Shown here piece after piece: positions 51,202-64,000 of a DNA stretch of 64,000 bases. The stretch is from Blastocystis sp. Blastoise (taxonomy: Eukaryota; Protista; Bigyra: Opalinata). The stretch spans positions 744,001 to 808,000 of the forward strand of contig JBBPEB010000028.1 in NCBI GenBank assembly GCA_039096225.1, given 5' to 3'. The number at the start of each line of letters is the position of its first letter. Position 1 is the first letter of the stretch. A program made the position numbers and the translations under genes. The notes under the pieces are model-generated. The model ran no database searches. It saw only the letters and a program-made list of their open reading frames with translations, and had not been told where the DNA came from.

Positions 51202-51388
51202 ATTCTATAATATAAAAATTTAAATATGGAATAAAAGAAAAAATTCATCATATAAACAATTTAACAAAAAGATTTCATATACTTAAATATAATATACTAA
51301 CTAACATACTTTTATTAATTGAAAATGAAGAGTAAATGATAAATAAAGTTCTTTATAAAAAATGAAGCCGCGGAAAACATACAAAATA

Positions 51389-51433
51389 CCGCCATTTTTT
51401 GTATTAGGAAGTTCTTTTGAATGAGCCAATCAG
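51389..51433. promoter_or_regulatory. YY1-like (CCGCCATTTT) and CCAAT-box (AGCCAATCAG) motifs upstream of the E2 gene
   Basis: Two consensus matches within 45 bp in a local GC-richer patch about 190-230 bp upstream of the ATG. Confidence 0.4.
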
Positions 51434-52218
51434 TTGTCAGTTCTTCTTATTCAAAGCATTGTATTGGATATTTCTTTCTATTCTCTGTTTTTTGTTTTTT
51501 TTATTTATTCACGGAAATCATGAAAATTTCAGTGGCAACACTCATTTTTCCCATCTTTATTTAAAGGAGACGCGTTTTCCCTTTTTGGTTTTGACAACAG
51601 TGTAAGAATTATGGGAATACACAATAAACTTTGATTTGCATAAAACTATGCTTTTGAAGGCAAGATGTGACTGTATGTACTTATTTCATTATGCACATAG
51701 TCTCTATATTTGTATGCAGAAATGTCATGAATATTCATAAGAAATTCTACACATTTATCTTAAAGATGATCGATTTTTTTGATAGAAATATGTATTTCTA
51801 TGTTTTTTGCGCTTTTTTTTTTAAGATTAAACTTAATATCTGAGTAGTTGATGATGAAGAAAAAGGTTATTGTTCCTAATTATCTGTAAGTTGGTTCTTT
51901 CTTGTTATTCAGATCTTATGAGTAAACACCATAGTATTCATGTTATGACTTATCTCTAGATTCTTTTATCTACATTCTTTGGCTGTCTTATATTCTAAAA
52001 TATCTTAATAAGCCATAAAATACATACACTCGCTCAAAATATTGTAATTTTTTTAATTTATTCTTCTTTTATTTTATGTTTGTAATGATAGCTAATTATA
52101 TTTATGATGTTTATATCTGAGTTTTCTTTTTAATTAAGTTTATAACAACTCTATCTATGAATAACAAAAAGCATATTCAAAGAGTATTTATTTTACAGTT
52201 TATAATTCATACATGTGT

Positions 52219-54831
<2,613 letters not shown>

Positions 54832-55089
54832 CTTCTAATTGTGTATCTTTTAAACTCACTATTTGATAGATATATATAACTAATTGATTTATTCAAAGAA
54901 AACAAAGAAAGACAGATATAATCACAAATATAGTTTTCTCTACAGGTAGTTTTTCCATTTTTTCCATTTTACTCTCTTATTGCCTATTCTCTAATCATTT
55001 ACTAGTATGATATACTGTGTTTATTTTCTAGTTTTTTAGTGCAATTCCTCAATAGTCAACAACCTGAAGCTGTTGCTAAACCTAAACCA

Positions 55090-55369
55090 ATGAGCTACAT
55101 TGGCTCATTTTTCAACTGGATGTGGATGAAGAGTGGTGCTTCTGAATCTCTTCGTTTCCAACATATATCCTTTTTCTCATTCTATCATAGATTATCTTTA
55201 TTTTCTTTTTTCTTATAATTGTTTTATTATTAATTCGCGTTTTTTATTGTTTTCTCCATGAAATTATGATTTCCTTCATTCTTTGTAATTAAGCTCCCTG
55301 TTAAATGTAGGCTTATTTGGTGTTGGTGTCTACGTTATTCATTTCTTTAGTGATGCTATTGCCATATAA
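55090..55369 (+). CDS. Small tail-anchored protein resembling plant-type Tom5 (TOM complex); start may lie slightly upstream
   Basis: MSYIGSFFNWMWMKSGASESLRFQH|LSSLLNVGLFGVGVYVIHFFSDAIAI* resembles the plant Tom5 C-terminal pattern (LL...GxF..GV......D...). Not in the ORF track. Confidence 0.6.
55165..55288 (+). other. U12-type intron with probable non-canonical AT-AA termini
   Basis: 5' ATATCCTTTT, branch-like TTCCTTCAT with A at 55278. The in-frame acceptor 10 nt later is ...TGTAA|TTA. Confidence 0.7.
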
Positions 55370-56071
55370 GGATTCTTAAGAAGAAGTTTCATAAATATAC
55401 TTGTTTATGTTTATCATTTTTATATATTGGGTTGATTTACTATACTTTTCTCCTTTATTTGTTATGCAATTTATTAAATTCAGGTTTATACTATGGTTTT
55501 ATTTGTATTTTTTGAGTAGATACTACATATTGATGTTATTTGATTATAATTCGCTATTCCTTTTTAAATATAAGGATTAAACATTATTTGTTCTATTCAT
55601 GAAAAAAGATTATGTTGTGAATCAAATTGAAATATGTGAATTTTAGAAATATGAAATAAAATGAAGATGACAACGTTAATTATCAAATATCTTCATTTTT
55701 TCAGTTCTTAAAATAATAAAATATGTTTAGCATAAGATTGTTTATATATTTAAATATAAATCTATAAATTCTATCAACTTTTCAAATTCAATAATCTGAG
55801 AAAAACATGATAAATAAGAAATAGAAGCTTTATTGTATTTTAAATGCATTTTTTCTGCATTCAAGTATATCTATAGCCAAAAGTATTATGGTAATTATAA
55901 CTTCAACGACAAAATGACACTATTTGTTATCAATACTATTTATAATAGATAACACAACTTATGAGTGTCTCAAAGAAGATTTTATAATAATTAACAACGT
56001 AAACCATATTTCTTACATAAAAAAAAAAGAAATAGAAAATATTTTCTATAGTTTTTTTTATTATTTTATTC

Positions 56072-56499
56072 ATGATATGGGGTATAGGAACAGATATTCT
56101 TTATATTCCAAGAATATCTAAGATATTGGAAAGACATGGAGATCGCTTTGTAAAGCGAGTTTTAAATGTTGAAGAACAAACAATTTATTACGCTCATCGT
56201 GATCCAGTTAGTTTTTTAGCATCAAGGTATGTTTGATATTGCGTGTAACATATCTATACTACTCTAGATGGTGCTCAAAAGAAGCTATTTACAAAGCAGT
56301 GGGTTGCAATGGCTTGAATTTCAATGAAATCATTATTAAACACAAAGTAACCAATGCATTCTCTGGAATTCCATCTGTCTCCTTTACTGGAAAAACGAAA
56401 CTCATCATAGATCCATTACATCTTTCAAATATTCAAATAAGTATATCTCATGATCAAGATTATTGCATTGCATATGTTCTTGCTGTAAAGGAATCCTAA
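56072..56499 (+). CDS. acpS: AcpS-type holo-[acyl-carrier-protein] synthase (4'-phosphopantetheinyl transferase), one intron
   Basis: MIWGIGTDILYIPRI...RFVKRVL...E...FLASR|WCSKEAIYKA...G.P...ISISHDQDYCIAYVL. Confidence 0.93.
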
Positions 56500-57127
56500 A
56501 TAATGGATCTATCAGAAAAGAATATACTATTATTATTTAAGTTATAAATTCATATGAGTTTTGTACCTTTTATTCTTCTATAATGTTATTAAAAGACATA
56601 GAGAGTATAGTGAATAAGCTGGGAAACAAAATATGAATTTAAATCATTCTATAAAAATGAAGGATTATCATTTTTCAAAACAACTTTTTATATATATTTG
56701 TGCTACTAAATATTTAATATAAATATTGTTTGATAGTTATTATAAAATTTCTCATTTTTCTGTATAAGTTAAAAGAAGTCTATATTGTCATATATTAAAC
56801 TACGTTATTGTTATATATATATGAATAGATAATAACTATTTAATCAATTAATACTATTCAACCTCATCAATCGTGTAATATATCCAATAGAAGGAAAACA
56901 TTCATGCTTTGTTATATATATATATATAAATATCATAAAGATATAAAATAATATATTGTGTTACTATAAAAGTGTAATGATTTCATAATTTTGTTATAAA
57001 AATAATAATCCTATTTCTCTTCTTACAATCTGTGAAACAAACAACAACAAACTCTATTTTCAAAAAAACATATATATATATACAAATAACATAATAACAA
57101 CTATAGTACAGACGGCGATAAATAAAA

Positions 57128-57232
57128 TTATCTAGAAGAATAGATTAATATCGATTTCGCTCCAATTCTTACATTTCCACAACTTGATGAATATGTCCAA
57201 CTATATATAATAATAAAGAAATATAAGATATA

Positions 57233-57276
<44 letters not shown>

Positions 57277-60200
57277 GTTCTTCCAGTTTCTTGAGGGCAT
57301 TGTCGTAATACAACATTTCCACCGATTCCCGTGAATAATTCGTTGTATTTTTGATCATCACTATTAAATATCATCTTCCATAATTTTCCAGACAAAGGAG
57401 GGAAATCAACAAATAAAGTTCCATCATCATAGCTTGTTTTACTTGTGTTAATAACCACGGTTAATTGAGCAGAATCTGATGATCCTTTTGTCATCGCTAA
57501 TATATTCTTTTCAGAATTCGTGTAATATATAGAATACTCAGAAGATATCATTTGAGTATAATCAGATCGAATAGTTAGTAAATCTTTTGTGAGAATAAAA
57601 TAAGAATATGAAGGACCTTTTGTTATCCATGCTCCATAGTTATATTCACCAACGTTGTTTAAGTCAAGAGGAGAAGGAGAAGCACCAAATGGAAGTGTAG
57701 ACATATACTCTGTACCTATATATATATAATATATATAATATATATATAATATATATTATTAGGATTCATAGAAATAAATGAGAATAAATCTTTATAATCA
57801 TTTATAGAATAATAAGATATTATGACTATACATATATATATATACCCATAAAGAAGTTAGGAATAGCAGGAGTGGAGGACATTAGATATAATGCTAATAT
57901 GGAGTCCTTTATTGTATATATATCATCCGGATTATTACTATTCAATTGAACGCGAAATCGATTCAGCTATATATATTAATATACATAATAATGTATATAA
58001 CAATAATATAAATATTAATATATATACAATAGCTGTTTCAGGTGTTTCAATTGAGAACATAAGTGATGATGATGAATATAAATATTCGAACTGAATGAAA
58101 TTCGCAAGAGAAGTCATACTGATAGAAGAAGTGTTGAATAAGGAATATATCTGATTCGTGCTAGATATATATATGTATAGTAATGTTAATATAAATCACT
58201 GTTATTTATATATATATACAATCGTTTATCAAATTGAATTGTAAATCCTAATCCTTTATTCCCACGGGTATTTGTAACATCTATAATACTACTATTTTCA
58301 TGGGAAACATTCAAACTATCATCAGCCAACTATATTAATAATATTATTAGTATTATTAATAAATATAATCTTAATAATAATATAAATAGAATAAATATAA
58401 TCTTAATAATAATATAAATATAATAAATCTAATCTTAATAATAATATAAATGTAATAAATATAATCTTAATAATAATATAAATGTAATAAATATAATCTT
58501 AATAATAATATAAATAGAATAAATATAATCTTAATAATAATATAAATAGAATAAATATAATCTTAATAATAATATAAATAGAATAAATCTAAACGCCTAC
58601 ATAATACATAGATTTATAGCTGGTTAAGGTAGCTAATAGTTCGTTCATTTCTGTATTGTCTTCTCCTTCTCCTTCATTACATTTCTTTCCATATAAACGT
58701 TGACATAACAAATGTTTCATATATACACCATCAATACCATAGATCTCATTATATCGATGAATCATATTAATAAAGAACGAATTCCCGCGACTATTAACAG
58801 TTCCTCGAATTCTATTTAATCCATTTGGTTGATTGTCTTCTTTATATATATCCATATATTCCTCTCCCCAATTGTTCTTCGAACTTCCATCATAATTGAC
58901 TAAGAACATATCTTCAGAGAAAAGTGACCAATCTATCTCTATTACTATATGCATTCCAAGCTTATGAATCTCATAAACCAACTTCTTTAACTCAACTATA
59001 CTACCAAAGGAAGGATGAATCTTACCAGGAAATAATGTATAATAATTATCTATATATATTATAGTATATTATATTATATACTATTATATTATATACTATT
59101 ATATACTATTATATACTATTATATACTATTATATACTATTATATACTATTATATACTATTATATACTATTATATACTATTATATACTATTATATTATATT
59201 ATATTATATTATATTATATTATATACTATTATATTATATACTATTATATACTATTATATACTATTATATACTATTATATACTATTATATACTATTATATA
59301 CTATTATATACTATTATATACTATTATATACTATTATATACTATTATATACTATTATATACTATTATATTATATTATATTATATTATATTATATTATATT
59401 ATATTATATTATATTATATTATATTATATTATATTATATTATATTATATTATATTATATTATATTATATTATATTATATTATATTATATTATATTATATT
59501 ATATTATATTATATTATATTATATTATATTATATTATATTATATTATATTATATTATATTATATTATATTATATTATATTATATTATATTATATTATATT
59601 ATATTATATTATATTATATTATATTTATTATATTATATTATATTATATTATATTATATTATATTATATTATATTATATTATATTATATTATATTATATTA
59701 TATTATATTATATTATATTATATTATATTATATTATATTATATTATATTATATTATATTATATTATATTATATTATATTATATTATATTATATTATATTA
59801 TATTATATTATATTATATTATATTATATTATATTATATTATATTATATTATATTATATTATATTATATTATATTATATTATATTATATTATATTATATTA
59901 TATTATATTATATTATATTATATTATATTATATTATATTATATTATATTATATTATATTATATTATATTATATTATATTATATTATATTATATTATATTA
60001 TATTATATTATATTATATTATATTATATTATATTATATTATATTATATTATATTATATTATATTATATTATATTATATTATATTATATTATATTATATTA
60101 TATTATATTATATTATATTATATTATATTATATTATATTATATTATATTATATTATATTATATTATATTATATTATATTATATTATATTATATTATATAT

Positions 60201-61288
60201 ACACCAGCATAGATAGGATGGAGTAATATCGCATTTAAGAGGTTCAATAGGGAGTAATATAATACAATTAATCCCTAATAACTTCAAATAATTTAAACGA
60301 GGAATAATCGAAGAAAAAGTACCATTTATATATCCTATAAAATAGTATAGAATAGTATATAATAGAATATACCATCAGAATTGAATGTAGGTACATGAAG
60401 TGTATAGAATACGAGTTTCTCTTTGGCTTTTAAAGTAATAGTCTTATAAGTATTCCATTCTATATCTTCAGAATAAGTAGAATCAAACATAGGATTCAAA
60501 TCATAAGGAGATCTATATATAAAATAATATATAACACAACATATAATACAATATATAATATAACACAATAAAATAATATATAACACAATAAAATAATATA
60601 TAACACAATAAAATACATATATAACACAATAAATAGAATAAATACAATGTAAAAGATTCAATAGAATAACGTTTATAGTGTTCACCATTATATTCCATAT
60701 CATAATAAAATGAAGTATCATTTCGAATATTAACAATAAATAAATACCAATAACCGTCTCCTTGATTTCTATAGAATAATAATTATATATATTATAAACA
60801 TACGTCATGGAATATAAGTGACTTTCATCATCTTGTTTGATATATACGGACACCTTTGTTGAATTCTTTGAATAAACTCGGTAGGACATACCATAATAAT
60901 ATAAATTACCATTCAATTTATATCCTATAGACTTTTCCCAATATAAGAAACCTTCAAAATCACTTCGTTCACAATTAGGAAGACTATAATCATCAGGACA
61001 TTTCAATGTTGGATCACTTTTAGCTAATGCATCCAAATATAATCCTAATGAAATCGCAAGGGCCAAGAAAATAATGAAGAAAAACAAAGATATAGAAATA
61101 ACAAAAGCTAAATGATCTCGAGCCCAACTATTTTTCTTCGGAACATTTCTCTTTGCCATTTTCCTTCTTAGTTTCTTCTCTGTAGACCATGTATTGTTTA
61201 CAGAAAAGAAATCTTCAGGTAAGATCTTCAAATCAATACGAGTATTCAACGATTGATTTGCAGATGATGTAGATCTAGTTCCATACAT
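57128..61288 (-). CDS. Type II membrane protein with CBM48-like + GH13 (branching enzyme/trehalohydrolase-like) fold, catalytic motifs degenerate
   Basis: TM LAFVISISLFFFIIFLALAISLGLYL; YRVYSKNSTKVSV; LVFYTLHVPTF; GTFSSIIPRLNYLKLLGINCIILLPI; HPSFGSIVELKKLVYEIHKLGMHIVIEID; YGIDGVYMKH; PAIPNFFM|GTEY. Confidence 0.8.
58360..58587. repeat. Intronic 32-bp minisatellite, about 7 copies
   Basis: Unit TAAATATAATCTTAATAATAATATAAATAGAA with minor variants. Confidence 0.9.
59065..60200. repeat. ~1.1-kb compound satellite (ATATACTATT)n / (ATATT)n filling one intron
   Basis: Decamer array grading into a long pentamer array between two GH13-like exons. Confidence 0.97.
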
Positions 61289-61572
61289 TAGTCTGAATCT
61301 ATTTATTTATTGAATAACTCAAAACTATGGAATCTTTTTCTTAAAAAACAAATTTGTTTTTATTCAAACACTTGCTATTCGTTAAATTCAAAAACAAAAT
61401 TTCGTGCATCCAATATGTTATTGATATATTATTTTTTTTTCTTTTTATTCATCCTCTTTAATATTTCTATTAGTTTTCAATTATATATAATTTTGTATAT
61501 GTAAACAAACCATGAAACAAAAAGATAATAATATCCTATTATTTAAAAAAAAGAATATATAAAGAAATAATT

Positions 61573-63214
61573 TCACTTTTGTTGATAAAACGTACGACTT
61601 TTGATTCTATCGGATAAACTAGCATCATTACCCAAATAAGCATCCTTCTTAAATGATTGTAAATAATTATTATTTTCATCATAATTCTTCTTCAACTCTT
61701 CTTCTTCTTCTGTTTCTTTTATATCCTTTTTATGATTCTCTAATAATCGCTTATATCGCAAATCTTGATTCACCGAAGCATCTTGTTTCATTTCATTTAA
61801 TCGCTTCTGAACTTCTTCTTCAGTTAATTGTTTATCTTTTTTATTATTTCTATCTTTTGTATATGTATTTGAATTCTTGTGAGAATCATCTATTTTTCGA
61901 GTCTCATAAGTATCTCTTGTATTACTATTCTTATTATTATTATGTCTACTATTACTTCTACTTCTATATCTAGAATGTCTACTATTACTTCTACTTCTTC
62001 TTCTATTACTATTACTTCTGTGTCTAGAATGTCTTCTTTTAGAATCAACTCTATTATCTCTATATTCTGATCTTTTCTGTATAGTATTATTCTCTTTCTT
62101 CTTATCTATATCTATATCACTATCATCATTCTCTCTAGAAGGAGAAGAAGAAGAAGACGATTTTTTATGATTTTTTGAACGATAATCACGGGAATGGTGA
62201 TGATGATCTCTTTATATAATATCATATAATAAAAATAATATAATAAAAATAATATAATAAAAATAATAATAAAAATAATAATAAAAATAATATAATAAAA
62301 ATAATATAATAAAAATAATATAATAAAAATAACAACCATACCTTTCACTATTTGATTTCTATATAAATATAATAATTATATATATGATTATTTATACATA
62401 CAGAAGAATAACTTGTTTTACTGTGCTTATCATTTTCTGATGATTTCAACATATCAGCTGTACTCGTTGAAATACCTACTGGCTTCCCTAATTGCTTTGA
62501 TAACTATAATAATAATATAAATAGACATAATAAATGTTATAAACATAATAAATGTTATAAACATAATAATAATAAACATAATAATAAACATAATAATAAT
62601 AAACATAATAAATGTTATAAACATAATAAATGTTATAAACATAATAATAAACATAATAATAAACATATATATACGGCTCCATGAGTTGTTTCTTACGTCT
62701 TGGATTCTCTAATAGTTTCTTCCTCATTTCAATTTCTTTTCGCTTCATCTCTAACAACGGGTCTTCATGAACACGACGAAAAGCCTCGGTTTCAGAGGAA
62801 ACAACTGGAGCATTAGCTATACTGGCACCGGCGATTGAACCATCTTCAAGCTTCGAAAATGTATTTTTATCATCTTTATCAAAATCAACAGCTGCCTTAC
62901 CAGTTAAATAATCTTCATCAGTTGGACCTTCTCTCTTATACGTATACATCCATTCTACACACTCTTTCTTATCATCTTCAATATTTCGATCGTGAATAGC
63001 TGTGATCTCCATCAATTGGCGCTCATCTTTTATCTTCTTCTGTAATTCTTTGATTTTCTTCTCTTCAGCTGCCTTCTCTTGCTCTCTTATCCACACAGCC
63101 TCTCTGTTCTATCCAAAATAAACATATAATGACATATAATAAAGAACAACTTACATTTCTATTACCTGGATTCCATTTCTTTTTCGACAAAAACTCTAAA
63201 GGAGTCTTTACCAT
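61573..63214 (-). CDS. CWC25: Pre-mRNA splicing factor CWC25
   Basis: FLSKKKWNPGNRN|NREAVWIREQ....E.KKI.EL.K.I.DER, VEWMY, DEDYLTGK, EDPLLEMKRKE, RS-rich middle, LTEEEVQKRLNEMKQDA, SLSDRI; ends at a TGA stop. Confidence 0.9.
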
Positions 63215-64000
63215 GATCAATATAAATTAAATCTATAATATATTATAATAAAAATTATTTTTTTCCTTAATAAACAAAAAATAAGATATATCGAAATGTT
63301 TTGAATGTTCTCCTGTTTATTTATGTTTGAATAGGTCATTTTTTTAAATATTTCGTGATTCACGAATTTTGTGAATAATTTGTTGTGTATTGATTTTATA
63401 TAAGGAATTGAGGTTTTATTAGATTTGTATTATGTTTGGAATGAATTATATATCAGAAATGAAGAAATTTATGTGGTGATTTTAAATTATTATTTGTATT
63501 ATTAATAGATTAGTAGTTATAAATAGCTGAATGATAAGTAAACATGATTTAAGGAATATTTAATGAATAGAATCTATGATAAAAGTTCATCATTCTTGAA
63601 AATCACAGAAAATAAGCGATTCTTCTCTCTTTAAGTTATTTTCAATTGTTTAGATATATCTCAGATATTATCATAAATAAAATTATAAAAAGAATGTAAA
63701 TAGATAATAAATATTATGAATATAATACTTGTTATAGATTTATAATATTATTTACTTTATATATATATGTATTTTATGTCTTTAAACATTATATTCATAG
63801 AAATCTTCCTATTTTTGTTATTCCATTAGATATTTATCAATAAATAAGATATATATATAAATATATTGTCTATTATATATACATAAAAAAAATATAGTTT
63901 TTCTGTATATTATATTCTGTTGTTCATATTGATATTTATCATATTAATATTATTTATTACATAATAAGAAAACCAAAGATAATATATACATATATATGTT

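Overview
Very AT-rich, gene-dense eukaryotic nuclear DNA with many short GT-AG introns full of (TA)n/(TAT)n tracts. It uses the standard code, with TAA, TAG and TGA as stops. Gene content and style suggest a stramenopile-like protist, possibly a low-GC Blastocystis relative (inference only). About 26 spliced genes can be rebuilt by hand: CCT3, two tandem Rdx-family selenoproteins, a J-like/TMEM185-like membrane protein, a BTB-like protein, NDUFAF3, TFIIF-beta, a ROK-like/poly-Asn protein, UMP-CMP kinase, a papain-family protease, VPS28, an INO80E/HMG-like protein, mL46, LSM7, CDC123, DPH1, PRMT7, an eIF4A-like pseudo-helicase, a DNAJC11-like protein, CHMP1, UBE2E, a hypothetical protein, a Tom5-like protein, AcpS, a membrane-anchored GH13-like protein and CWC25. 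Most of the supplied ORF track is microsatellite or intron noise, and it misses the best signals. (1) Two CxxU selenoprotein paralogues each carry a 3'UTR SECIS core nested in a larger ~146-148 nt multi-branch RNA. Its outer helices keep their pairing while changing sequence, an architecture I do not recognise from canonical eukaryotic SECIS. (2) Two minor-spliceosome (U12-type) introns, one AT-AC and one apparently AT-AA. (3) A 1.3-kb non-autonomous hAT-type transposon with a perfect 8-bp target-site duplication. (4) Several apparent pseudo-enzymes and re-engineered domain architectures. All family assignments come from motif recognition by eye, not database searches.
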